Notes: a model not told the origin generated them from the letters alone. Positions 50,826-62,522 are shown, numbered from the stretch's first letter. The stretch is 64,000 bases of DNA from an uncultured Chloroflexia bacterium (GCA_963810095.1 CAWEMM010000009.1:192001-256000), one strand, 5' to 3'. Program-made: numbers and translations.

Positions 50826-52466
50826 ATGCCTGGCCTCGATTCCGAAACTCTGCAAATGGTGCTGGCCACGCTTCAGAAATACGCCGACAAAAAGCTCCCC
50901 GAAAAGCTCCTGCTTGAACTGGATCACAACGATGAGTTCCCGCGCAAGGTTCTGAAAGAGCTCTATGACCCGCGGCATCTGGGTTTGCACCTGGTCTTCA
51001 TCCCGGAGTCGTTCGGCGGGTTGGGCGGCGGCGCATACGATATATACCGCGTCTCAGAAGTCATGGCGGCCGTCGACCTGGGGATTGCGACAGGCGTGCT
51101 TGCTACATTCCTGGGCAGCGACCCGATCACGGTGGGCGGCACCCCGGAACAGCAGGCCCACTGGATGGGCCGTATCGCGGAAGAGGGCCTGCTCGTCGCC
51201 TACGGCGCCACCGAACCCCAGGCCGGCAGCGACCTAGGGGCGCTGAAAACCCGCGCGGAGCCGGTCGCCGTGGACGGTACGGTGACGGGGTACAAGATCA
51301 CCGGACGCAAACAGTGGATCTCGAACGGCGGGGAAGCGGACGTCTACACCGTGCTCGCACTGGCCCCCGGCGGACCGACCTGGTTTATTCTCGAGCGCGG
51401 CGCAGAGGGGTTCACGCAGGGTAAGCCCGAGGACAAGCACGGCATCCGGGCGAGCAACACGGCGGCCCTCTTCCTCGAGGACGTTTTTGTCCCAATCGAC
51501 CGATTGGTCGGTGGGGTCGAAGGGCAGGGCCTCATCCAGGCGCAGGCGGTGTTCGGCTACACCCGGCTGATGGTGGCCGCGTTCGGCTTGGGTGCGGGCT
51601 GGGCCGCGCTGAAGCGCGCGATCCGCTACTCGCAGCAGCGGATCCAGGCCGGCGCCCCTCTCTCTCAGAAGCAGGGCTACACCCACAAGCTGATCGTCCC
51701 CAACGCGTGCCGGCTTGAAGCGGCCCGCTCGTATATCGAGTGGACCGCCGCCCGGATCGACGACGGCGCCGGCAATCTACAGACGGAGGGGGCGGTCGCC
51801 AAGTACGTTGCGACCGAGGGCGGCAACCGGGCGGCCGAAGACAGCATCCAGGCCATGGGCGGCTACGGCTACGCCAAGGAATACATGGTCGAGAAGATCA
51901 AGCGCGACGTCCGCATCACCACGATCTACGAAGGCACGTCCGAGATCATGGAATGGACCATCGCGCGCGACCGGTGGCAGGAACACCTCAAGACGCGGGG
52001 CGGCTACTATCTCGACTGGGCCACGCGGCTGGAAGCTGCACATGCACAGCACGCCGACACGGGTGCGGGAACCGCGGCCCTTGCCGTGCGAGCACTGGCG
52101 GTCGTGCTGGAACGGTGCCGCACGGAGCGACTGACGCGCAACCAACACGTCCTCTTCCGCCTCGGCGAGCTGATCGCCTGGGCGGAGACGGCTGCGGTGT
52201 TCAGCGAGCGCACGGCCGGGTATCCGACCGCAGCGATCAACCTATCGCCCGAGACCGAAAGGACGATGGCCCGCATCTATGCCCGCGAAGCCGCCTTGAA
52301 AGTCGCAGTCGACGGCCTCCGGATCGTCGCCGGCGCGCTGCCGGCGGCCGCAGCACCGGACCTGGCATCGCAGTTGGGCCTGCCGGCCATTTATGCCGGC
52401 CAGGCCGGCCTGCTCGAAGACATGGACGCGGTCGCGCTCAAGCTGAACGAGGCGTTCCCCGGCTGA
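50826..52466 (+). CDS. Acyl-CoA dehydrogenase with C-terminal helical extension
   Basis: [37 protein letters not shown] and IYEGTSEI (catalytic Glu kept). Confidence 0.93.
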   Translation: MPGLDSETLQMVLATLQKYADKKLPEKLLLELDHNDEFPRKVLKELYDPRHLGLHLVFIPESFGGLGGGAYDIYRVSEVMAAVDLGIATGVLATFLGSDPITVGGTPEQQAHWMGRIAEEGLLVAYGATEPQAGSDLGALKTRAEPVAVDGTVTGYKITGRKQWISNGGEADVYTVLALAPGGPTWFILERGAEGFTQGKPEDKHGIRASNTAALFLEDVFVPIDRLVGGVEGQGLIQAQAVFGYTRLMVAAFGLGAGWAALKRAIRYSQQRIQAGAPLSQKQGYTHKLIVPNACRLEAARSYIEWTAARIDDGAGNLQTEGAVAKYVATEGGNRAAEDSIQAMGGYGYAKEYMVEKIKRDVRITTIYEGTSEIMEWTIARDRWQEHLKTRGGYYLDWATRLEAAHAQHADTGAGTAALAVRALAVVLERCRTERLTRNQHVLFRLGELIAWAETAAVFSERTAGYPTAAINLSPETERTMARIYAREAALKVAVDGLRIVAGALPAAAAPDLASQLGLPAIYAGQAGLLEDMDAVALKLNEAFPG

Positions 52467-52619
52467 GCCGGCGTGGCGCCTGGCGCGCGGTTCGACGATG
52501 AAGCATTTCGGGCACATAGCGTCAAGTGTTGCGTTGCGGCCGCGCCGCGGCCCCGGCGTTCCGACCAACCGGCGCCACAAGTTTTGATTCTACCCCTCTA
52601 TCGCTGGAGGAAAGCAGAC

Positions 52620-55600
52620 ATGGGTGACCCTGCAGAGAGGGCGGTCGCCATCGTCGGCCTCGGCGCGATGATGCCCGACGCCGGCGATGCGCGTGCCTTC
52701 TGGACCAACATCACGCAGAAGCGCTACAGCATCACCGAGGTGCCTCCTGAGCGGTGGCGCGTCTCCGACTATTATGACCCCGACCCCGCAGCGCCGGACA
52801 AGACTTATTCGAAAATCGGGGCATGGGTGCGCGGGTTCGAGTTCGATTGGAAGCAGCACCGGATTCCGCCCAAGGTCGCGGCTGCCATGGACGAGGGTCA
52901 GCAGTGGGCAGTTACCATCGCCGCGCAGGCTCTGACCGACTACGGGTATCCTAATCGCCCGCTGGACACCGACCGCACCGGCGTCATCCTTGGCAATGCG
53001 ATCGGCGGCGAGCAGCACTACATAACGACTCTTCGGGTCATGTCGCCCGAACTCGTGCGCCTGCTCGACGACGTCGAGTCCTTCCGTGCACTTCCGGAAG
53101 CCACTCGCCAACGCGTCCTGTCCGAATGGCGCCGGGCCATCGGGCAGGCATTTCCCGAGATCACCGAAGACACCATGCCGGGCGAGCTGCCCAACATCAT
53201 TGCGGGCCGTGTCGCCAACGTGCTTAACCTCCGCGGCCCCAGCTTCATCGCCGACGCAGCCTGCGCCTCGTCCTTCGCGGCGATCGCCTCCGCGGTCGAG
53301 TTGCTGGCCGAAGGCCGCTGCGATGCGGTGATAGCCGGAGGTGTCGATCGCAACATGGGACCGTCGACCTTCGTCAAGTTCTGCAAGATCGGCGCGCTGA
53401 GTGCGACCGGCACCCGGCCCTTTGGCGACGGCGCAGATGGCTTCGTGATGGGCGAGGGTGCGGGTGCGTTCCTCTTGAAACGGTTGTCCGACGCGGAAGC
53501 GGCCGGCGACACGATCTACGCGGTCATCCGCGGCATCGGCGCGTCCTCGGATGGTAAGGGGAAAGGCATTACCGCGCCCAACCCCGTGGGCCAGATGCTG
53601 GCCGCCCGCCGGGCGTGGGAGAATGCAGGCCTCGACCCCGCCACCGCAACGCTTCTCGAAGCACACGGCACGAGCACGCGCGTCGGCGACGTGACCGAGG
53701 TCGAGAGCCTCAGCCAGGTCTTCGGCCACGCTCCGAAGGGCGCGATCGCGCTCGGCTCGGTCAAGAGCAACATCGGGCATCTGAAGGCCGGCGCGGGCGC
53801 GGCTGGGCTTCTCAAGACCGTCTGGGCGATGCATGAGAAGCTGCTGCCGCCCACGCTCAATGCCCGGCCGTCCAATCCGAAGGTGGACTTCTCGCAGACC
53901 CCGTTCGAGCTCAATCACGAGCTCCGTGAATGGCCCGCCGCTGGCGGCCAAACCCGGCGGGCCGGGGTCAGCGCGTATGGCTTCGGCGGTACGAATTTTC
54001 ACCTGGTGCTTGAAGAGCACGTGCCGGGCATGCTGGCGGGCAATGGGCGAAAGGTGCACGCCGTCGCCGCGCCCGAACAGGTGCCGGCGCCGCGGATGGC
54101 CGCAGCGACTGAGCGGGCGCCGGTGCCAGCCGGTGCGCCTACCGGTTCAGAGCAACCCCTGCCCCGCGCTCCCCTCGCCCGCCCCGCGCCCCTCCAGGGC
54201 ATCCTGGCGCTCTCGGCAGATGATCCTCAGGCGCTCAGCGCGAAGGTGGAAGCGACGCTGGCACGGGTTGCGAACGGCTGGTGCCCGCCGCTCCAACTCC
54301 CCGCGGCGGCCGACGTGGCCGGTGCGGAGCGCCTGGTGATCGATTTTGCCGGCCGCCAGGAGCTCGAAGAGCGGCTCGTGAAGGCGCGGAAGGCCATTTC
54401 CCTCGGCACGCCGGCCGCCTGGAAGCCGCTGGCTTCCCAAGGGGTGTACCGGGGCAGCGGGCCGATGCCCGGCAAGATCGCATTCCTCTTCCCCGGGCAG
54501 GGCAGCCAGACGCTGAACATGGCGCGCAAGATCGCCGGCGTCGCACCCAGCGTGGCCGCGATGTTCTCAGAAGCGGACGGCATCATGCAGCCCATCCTCG
54601 GCCGGCCGCTGAGCAAGTTCGTCTGGGTCGACGCGACCGAGCCGGACGACGTCAAGCGGGCCGAGGACGAGCTTCGCCAAACGGCCATCACCCAGCCCGC
54701 GATGCTGACGGTCGACGCCGCGCTGCAGCGGCTGCTTGCGGATTACGGCTTCCGTCCCGACTACCTCATGGGTCACTCATTGGGCGAATACGCCGCGCTG
54801 GTGGCCTCGGGCGTCATGCCCTTCGCGCACGCACTGGAGGCCACTGCCGCCCGCGGCCAGGAGATGACGCGGGTCAGCGTGAACGATCCGGGTTGGATGG
54901 CCGCCGTCATCGGTCCCTATGAAAAAGTTGCTCAGGTGCTCAAGGAAATCGACGGCTACGTCGTCGCCGCCAACCTCAACAGCCACAACCAGACGGTGAT
55001 TGGCGGAGCAACCGAGGCAGTCAAGAAGGCGATCGAGCGATTCAATAAGTCCGGGCTCAAAGCGATGCGCATCCCGGTCAGCCACGCGTTTCACACGCAG
55101 ATCGTCGCCTCCGCTGCCCGACCGCTGCGCCAGGTGCTCGACCGGCTCAGTTTCAGCTCGCCCCAAATCCCGGTCATTGCCAACGTCACGGGCGAGTTGT
55201 ACCCCTCCGACCCGCAGCACGTCAAGGACTACCTGGAACGCCAGATTGCCTCGCCGGTACAGTGGGCCAAGGGGCTGGAAACGCTTTATGGCTTGGGCGT
55301 GCGCGTCTTCATGGAAGTGGGGCCCAAGAAGGTGCTGAAGGGGTTTGTGGACAACGTGCTGGCGGGCCGTCCCGACCTCGTCTCGCTTTTCACCAATCAC
55401 CCGGACTTCGGCGAGATTGCGATGTTCAACCAGGCGATCTGCGGCCTGTACGCGGCCGGCTATACGCCGTCCGAAGCCCCCGGCGTCGCGGTCCCCGTCG
55501 TCGCCCACGCTCCCGTTCCCGACCCGACGCTCTCGGCCCTCGGGAAAAATCCGGACAACGGTGCGGTGCGCCCGCTGTCCACACCCGTTCATACGGCGAC

Positions 55601-58600
55601 CCCGGCCGTCGCCAATTTCGAGGAATCTATGGCAGCCACCCCATCCTCCGAATCGCTTACCGCGCTCGCCCAGGTCCTGGCCCAGGCACTTCAGTCTGTA
55701 CCGGCCAACGCGCAAGCTGCGCCTCGTACGCCCGACCGTAACGACGTCCCGCTCGGCTCGGTCGTCATTTCCGGCGCCGGCCTCGGTTTGCCGGGCACGC
55801 GGCAAGCGCTTTATGGACCCCGACAATGCGCTGCGTATCCTGCGCGGCGAGCAGTTCATCGAGCTGTTGCCCGAGAGCGCGCGTGAAGCGATGGTGGGCA
55901 AGCGCATTACCCGGCTGGTGAAGGCCGAGGATGGCAGCGGCAGCTTCGAGACGATCGAAAACACGGCCGACGTGATCAAGTTGGCCGGGCAGCCGGGGCA
56001 GTTCGACCTGGCCGAGGAATTCGGCGTCCCAGAAAAGCTGGTCGAGGCACTGGACCTTGCGTCGCAGATCGCCATGGCCGCGGGCCTCGACGCTCTCCGT
56101 GAGTCAGGGATCCCGCTCGTGCAGACCTACAAGAAGACGAGCAAGGGCACCTATCTGCCGGATCGCTTCGTGCTGCCCCAGGCGCTGCGCGACGAGACCG
56201 GCGTGATCTTTGCGAGCGCCTTCCCCGGGCTCGATCGCTTTGCCGAGGAGTTGAAGCGCTATCACCGGTGGGAGGGCAAGGTCCAGCAGTTGGCGGCGCT
56301 GGAGGACTTGCGCGAGTACGCGGCGGCCGACGCCGGCGACGATGCGCTGCTGCGCGAGATCGACCGCCGCATCCATGCGCTGCGGGCCGACATGCAGCGC
56401 GACCCGTATACCTTTGACCGGCGCTTCCTCTTCCGCGTCCTGTCCATGGGACACAGCCAGTTCGCCGAGTTCATCGGCGCACGCGGCCCCAACACCCAGG
56501 TCAACGCCGCGTGCGCAAGCACGGCCCAGGCGGTCGCGTTGGCGGAAGACTGGATCAGGTCGGGTCGCTGCCGCCGCGTCCTCGTCATCGGGGGCGACGC
56601 GACCACCAGCGACAACATGCTCGAGTGGCTCGCGGCGGGCTTCCTGTCGGCGGGCGCGGCCGCGACCGATGACAGGGTGCAGGATGCAGCGCTGCCTTTC
56701 GACCGGCGGCGGCACGGCATGCTGACCGGGATCGGCTCCGTGGCGCTGGTCGTGGAGAGCGAGGACGCGGTGCGCGAGCGTGGGATGCGGGGCATCGCCG
56801 AGGTGCTGGCGACGGAGACGGCCAACAGTGCCTTCCACGGCACCCGCCTCGACGTCGAGCACATCACCCTCGTGATGGAGCGCCTCGTCAGCTCGGCCGA
56901 GCGCCGCTTTGGCATCAATCGCTATGCTGTCGCAGGGCAAACGGTCTTCATGTCGCACGAGACCTTCACGCCGGCCCGGGGCGGCAGCGCGGCCGCGGAG
57001 GTAATGGCCCTACGCAACTGCTTCGGCCCCGCGGCAGATGAGATCGTCGTCGCAAACACCAAGGGTTTCACCGGCCATACAATGGGCGCCGGCGTCGAGG
57101 ATGTGGTGGCGATCAAGGCCCTGGAACACGGCGTAGTGCCGCCTGTCCCCAACTTTAAGGAGCCCGATCCCGAGCTGGGCGCGCTGAACCTGAGCCGAGG
57201 GGGCCGCTATGGCGTCCAGTACGCCCTGCGCCTGGCCGCCGGCTTCGGGTCACAGATCAGCATGACCCTGTGCCGTCGCATTCCCGGCGGCCTTGACCGG
57301 GTCGACAACAAGCCGCGCTACGGGCGCTGGCTGGCCGACGTGAGCGGGTACGACCAGCCCGAACTGGAAGTCGTCCGGCGCACGCTGCGCATCAAGGGCG
57401 AGGGCGCGCCGCAACGCATGCCGGTGGGCAGCGCCTGGCAGTACGGCACCGGTCCAAGCGTGCGTGCGGCGGCCCCCGGCGACACCGGCGGCGCGTTCCG
57501 CCCCATGCCGATGGCGGCCGTAAGGCGAGTCATGGCTGCAGGCCAGGGGGCGCATGCGGTCGAGCTTCCGACAGTCCCGCACCCGGCGCCTGCCCAACCG
57601 GCGGCTCCGCCGAAGCAGGAGGAGCCGGCCCCGGCCGTCGAAGCCGTCCGCGTGGTCGCGCCGGATCTTGGCGCAGAGAACCGGGAGAAACCAGGTCTCT
57701 CCGAGAAACCCGGTTTCGTGCCCGCTGGGGCGGCGCCGGCTGATGCGGTGACGCCGCAGGTGTTGGCGATCGTCGCCGCGAAGACGGGTTACCCGCAGGA
57801 CATGCTCGACCTGGAGCTGGACCTGGAGGCGGACCTGGGCATCGACACGGTGAAGCAGGCGGAGACGCTCGCGGCGATTCGCGAGGCCTTCGGCATCCCG
57901 CTGCAGGAGAACCTGTCGCTGCGCGATTACCCGACGCTGCAAAGCGTGGTGGGGTTCGTCTATAAGTTCCGGCCCGACCTGGCCGCAGGCGAGTTGGAAC
58001 GCGAAGACGCTAAGGCGCCGGCAAGCGGGCGCAGCGAAGACGCGACGCACGAAGGCCGGCCGATAGAGGCGGTTTCGACCCCCGTTGGGCGCTCGGCGCC
58101 CGCTGTGGCAAAGGCGGCTGATGCGGTGACGCCGCAGGTGCTGGCAATCGTGGCCGACAAGACTGGGTATCCGCAGGACATGCTCGACCTGGAGCTGGAC
58201 CTGGAGGCGGACCTGGGCATCGACACGGTGAAGCAGGCGGAGACGCTCGCGGCGATCCGCGAGGCCTTCGGCATCCCGTTGCAGGAGAACCTGTCGCTGC
58301 GCGATTACCCGACGCTGCAGAGCGTGGTCGGCTTCGTGTACAAGTTCCGGCCGGACCTGGCGGCAGGAGAGCTGGAACGCGGAGACGCGAAGGCGCCGGC
58401 AAGCGGGCGCCGCGAAGATGCGAAGCACGAAGGTCGCGAAGGCCGGTCGATGGAAGTAGTCTCGGCCCCCGTTGAGCCCGCTGCGCCCGCTGTGGCAAAG
58501 CCGGCTGATGTGGTGACGCCGCAGGTGCTGGCGATTGTAGCGGACAAGACCGGCTACCCGCAGGACATGCTCGACCTGGAGCTGGACCTCGAGGCGGACC

Positions 58601-61376
58601 TGGGCATCGACACGGTGAAGCAGGCGGAGATGTTCGCGGTCGATTCGCGAGGCCTTTGGCATTCCGCTACAGGAGAACCTGTCGCTGCGCGATTACCCGA
58701 CGCTGCAAAGCGTGGTCGGCTTTGTGTACAAGTTCCGGCCGGACCTTGCTGCAAAAACCGCAGCGGGCGATGGGACCAGAGCTGAGCAGCCCTCGGTACC
58801 TCTCGTCCCCTCAGTCGCCCCTGATTCCTCTGTGGCAGAGACCGCGGGGCGGCGATATTCGATCGAGGACGCAAACCGGATTCCGCGTCGCGTGCCTGTT
58901 GCCAGCCTGCGGCCCGCGCTGAGCCTCTGCAAGCCAACCGGCGTGGAACTCCGCGCAGGTTCGCGGGTGGTCGTAATGGCCGACGAGGGTGGCGTGGGCA
59001 AAGCGCTGGAAGCGCGCTTGCGTAAGCTGGGCGTCACTGTCCTCGGGCTCGAACCCGGCATTCCGACGGCCGATCTCGAAGGCCGGCTCAAGGCGTGGCT
59101 GGCCGAGGGGCCGGTGCAGGGGGTCTACTGGCTGCCCGCACTCGACGTCGAACCTGGCCTCGATAAGCTTGATTTGGCGGGATGGCGGGAGGTGAACCGC
59201 CGCCGCGTGAAGAACCTGTATGCCGCCATGCGAGCGCTGTACGACTCGGTCGCCGGCTCGGGCGCATTCCTGGTCTCAGCGACCCGGCTCGGCGGCCTGC
59301 ACGGCTATGGGCCGGGCGGCGCGAGTGCACCTGCCGGCGGCGGCGTTTCGGGCTTCACGAAAGCCTACGCCATGGAGCAGGGGCTGCGCGAGGGCAAGCG
59401 GCTGACCGTGAAGGTCGTCGACTTCGAGCAGGGCGCCAAGCCCACCGACGCGGCCTCGATGCTGGTCGAAGAGACCTTATACGACCCCGGCGTGATCGAG
59501 GTCGGGCGGCACGGTAGCATGCGCTATTCGGTCACGCTGCAGGAGCGCCCCGCACAACACGGCGGCCCCGGCTTGCAACTGGGACCCGGCACCGTGTTTC
59601 TCGTTACCGGCGCGGCGGGCGGCATCACCAGCGAGATCGTGGCCGACCTCGCGGCTGCCAGCCAGGGCGTCTTCTACCTGCTGGACCTGGCAGCACTGCC
59701 CCCGCGGGACGACGGGCACGTGGCGGCTTTCCGCAAGGGGCGCGATGCGCTGAAGGCGGTGCTGATCGAAGAGGCGCGCAGCCGCAGCAACAAGCCCACC
59801 CCGGCAGCTATCGACAAGCAGATTGCCGCAACCGAGCGGTCCGAGGCGGCGCTGCGCGCAGTGGAAGCGGTCGAAGCGGCAGGCGGCACGGCGCACTATC
59901 ACAGCGTCGACCTTCGGGAGGCCGAGGCGTGTGCGGCCGTCATCTCCGACGTCCGGCAGCGCTACGGCCGGCTCGACGTGTTCGTCCATGCGGCCGGCTT
60001 GCTCGTGGACCGCACGCTGCCCAACAAGGAGCCCGCCCAGTTCGATCTCGTCTTCGATGTCAAGGCGGACGGTTGGTTCAATCTGATGTCGGCTGCCGCC
60101 GATCTGCCCATCTGCGCGGCGGTCGCATTCAGCTCCGTGGCGGGGCGGTTCGGCAACAACGGCCAGACGGACTACTCGGCCGCAAACGATCTCTTGTGCA
60201 AGCTGAGCAGCGGCCTGGCCCGCAGCCGGCCCGGGGCCCGGGGCATCGCCATCGACTGGACCGCGTGGGGTGGAATCGGCATGGCTTCCCGGGGTTCCGT
60301 GCCGCAGATCATGGAGGCGCTCGGCGTCGACATGCTCCCGCCTGAGTGCGGCGTGCCGACCGTGCGTCGGGAGCTGATCAGCGGGAACGCTGCGGGTGAG
60401 GTGGTGGTTGCGGGGCGGTTGGGCGCGTGGCTGGAAGAGCGCGACCCCAGCGGGGGGCTCGACGCCGAAAAGGCGGGCGCGTTCCTGGCAAGCCGCCAAC
60501 CGCGCCTGCCAATGGTGGAAAAGATCGTCGCGTGCAAGCTGTACGGCGGCGTGGAGATCGAGACGACGTTGGACCCGAGGGAGCAGCCCTTCCTTTTCGA
60601 CCATGCGCCCGACCCCGAGACGCCCTGGCTGCCCGGCGTGATGGCGACGGAAGCGTTGGCCGAGGCTGCAGTCGTGCTCGCGCCCGGGTATCACGTGGCC
60701 GCAGTCGAAAACGTGCAGATGCTCGGTGCGTTCAAGTTCTTCCGGATGGAGCCGCGCACGCTGTACCTCAGCGCGGTGGTCACGGCGGGCGGCGGTGGAG
60801 AGCTAGTGGCTCGGGCGACGCTGCGCTCGATCACCCGGCCGGCGAAAGACAACGTGCCGCCGCAGGTCAAGGAGCACTTCGTCGCCGACGTGCGGCTGCA
60901 GCGCAACGCACCCTCGGTCGACAAGGTGACGTTTGAGCCGCCCGCGAAATCCCTGCTCGACACGGGACGAGAGGAAATCTACAAGCTTTTCTTCCACGGC
61001 CCCGCTTACCAGGTGCTGGAATCCGCCGGGGTGCGGAAGGTAGAGGCGGTCGGCGTACTCCCCCGGCAGCTGCCGCCCGATCTCAGTCACAAAGAGCCGA
61101 ACGGCCATGCGATCCTGATGGCGCCCGCGGCTGATCGAGTCCATGTTCCAGGCGGCCGCGTTCTGGAACGTGCGGCAGAAGGGCGCAATGGCCTTCCCGC
61201 TCGGCGTCGGCTCGGTCACGACCTATCGCGACCCCGCCACGGCCAACGGCAAGCGGCTGTATGCCGTCGTAAGCACCTCAGACCAGGGGCAAACCTTCGA
61301 CGGCCGGGTGGTCGACGAAGAAGGCGAGGTGTACGTGGAACTGCGTGGCTACCGGACCGTGGCCCGGCCGGCCTAA
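52620..61376 (+). CDS. Iterative type I PKS/Pfa-like lipid synthase KS-AT-KS-ACP-ACP-ACP-KR-DH (about 2900 aa; frameshifts near 55800, 58640 and 61125)
   Basis: KS1 DAACASS/EAHGTST/NIGHLK; AT PGQGSQ/GHSLG/HAFH; KS2 [22 protein letters not shown]; three ACPs [14 protein letters not shown]; [16 protein letters not shown]; DH DHAP..WLPGV and FHGPAYQ. Rejoined from four ORFs. Confidence 0.88.
57740..58750 (+). repeat. Three near-identical ACP-coding repeats (about 245 nt) with repeat-derived linkers
   Basis: Units starting GCTGATGYGGTGACGCCGCAGGTG near 57740, 58118 and 58505. Confidence 0.92.
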
Positions 61377-61386
61377 GCAACCAAAC

Positions 61387-61589
61387 TGAAATGGGACACT
61401 GATACAACTGAGTGAACTGATCCACACTGACCTTTTGAACCTGTCGCCAGGCGAAAATGCTCTGGCCGGTCTCCGACCGAGCCAGGGGGCACGGTCAGAG
61501 ACCGGCCCCAGCCAACATTTTCACGCTGCGACTCGTTTGGTAAAGATCGTGATAATCAGTCGAATCCGTCCAATCAGTGTCCCATTTCA
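61387..61589. repeat. Family A element, copy 3, with a nested GGCCGGTCTC..GAGACCGGCC REP-like pair (61459-61511)
   Basis: Same two arms as copies 1 and 2 but about 100 nt longer; an extra lone arm at 61630-61668. Confidence 0.85.
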
Positions 61590-61667
61590 CCCCTCGTTGT
61601 CCAGCAGCGCAGGGCGAAGGTCTAAAACCGAAATGGCACGCTGATACAACTGATTGAACCGATCTGC

Positions 61668-61685
61668 TGGTACAATCCTCGTATG
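61668..61685 (+). promoter_or_regulatory. Extended -10 (TGgTACAAT) 6 nt before the PPTase ATG, probably leaderless
   Basis: TGGTACAAT at 61668-61676, ATG at 61683, no SD. Confidence 0.6.
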
Positions 61686-62396
61686 TATCCTTCACCCGAC
61701 CCGCGCATCTTCTGCCTGCTCCAGTCCACCTCCGCGCATCCCGGGCTCGCCGCCGCCGAGCCCCCGCCCGGTCTGCTTTCGGCGGCCGAGCAGGCCCGCT
61801 GCGAGAAGTTCGCGGTGCCAAAGCGCCGTCGTGACTGGCTGCTGGGACGCTGGACCGCCAAACACCTCGTCCGGGCATACCTTGCCGAAGCTCGAGATAG
61901 GCTAGTTCCGCTGGACGAGATCGAGGTTCTCGCCGGCGACGACGGCGCGCCCTACGTCCAGGTGGGCGAGCCGCTCCCGCTCAGTCTCTCCATCAGCCAC
62001 AGCGGAGTCGAGAGCTTCTGTGCGGTGTGCCGGGCAAAGGACGGGCACGTTGGTGCGGATATCGAGCAGGTCGAGCCGCGCGAAACCGGCTTGGTGCATA
62101 CCTTCTTCACCCCTGCCGAGATCGCAGTGGTCGACGCGGCCGTGGCCTCCGAGCGCGACGCGTACATTACCGCGATCTGGAGTGCGAAGGAAGCGGTGCT
62201 GAAGACGCTGCGCCTCGGCCTGCGCGCCGACACCCGGCAGGTCGAGGTCGCCATCTCACGGCTCAGCCCAGAGTGGCGTGCATTCTCCGTGGTCGTCGAC
62301 TCAAGGCTCCTTCCCTCGCCCGTGTCGGCTGTCGCCGGCTGGTCTCGCATCGATCCCCGCCGCGTCCTCTCACTCGCCATGCTCGCCCTCGGCTAA
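61683..62396 (+). CDS. Sfp-type 4'-phosphopantetheinyl transferase
   Basis: LSAAEQAR..KRRRDWLLGR, GAP, LSISHS, VGADIE and WSAKEAVLK. Confidence 0.93.
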   Translation: MYPSPDPRIFCLLQSTSAHPGLAAAEPPPGLLSAAEQARCEKFAVPKRRRDWLLGRWTAKHLVRAYLAEARDRLVPLDEIEVLAGDDGAPYVQVGEPLPLSLSISHSGVESFCAVCRAKDGHVGADIEQVEPRETGLVHTFFTPAEIAVVDAAVASERDAYITAIWSAKEAVLKTLRLGLRADTRQVEVAISRLSPEWRAFSVVVDSRLLPSPVSAVAGWSRIDPRRVLSLAMLALG

Positions 62397-62522
62397 CCCG
62401 GCCCCAATTCGCCCATCGCTCCCCGCCCGTTCCACCGGCCGGCTGCAGCATCATGTGCGTTTCCTCCCTGCCTTCGCGCCGCGGTTCCCCGTTTTGTTCC
62501 GAACGAGTTTTGAAACTCCTTC

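Noticed and set aside
98-60694. Long antisense or alternate-frame ORFs (e.g. 98..985, 3878..6106, 23527..25002, 38242..40755, 44279..45523, 52590..54059)
   Set aside because: Shadow ORFs of real genes caused by high GC codon bias; no recognisable motifs.
4121-61376. Many split genes as pseudogenes or programmed frameshifts
   Set aside because: About a dozen or more single-base shifts hit unrelated genes, including sucA and sucB, with no in-frame stops or slippery sites. ACP3 shows one extra T (about 58640) relative to ACP1 and ACP2. Uncorrected long-read indels are the simplest explanation; confirm by read polishing.
52620-61376. Standard PUFA synthase (pfaA) call
   Set aside because: Extra internal KS, Thr-type ACPs and absence of pfaB/C/D partners do not fit, so no symbol was assigned.
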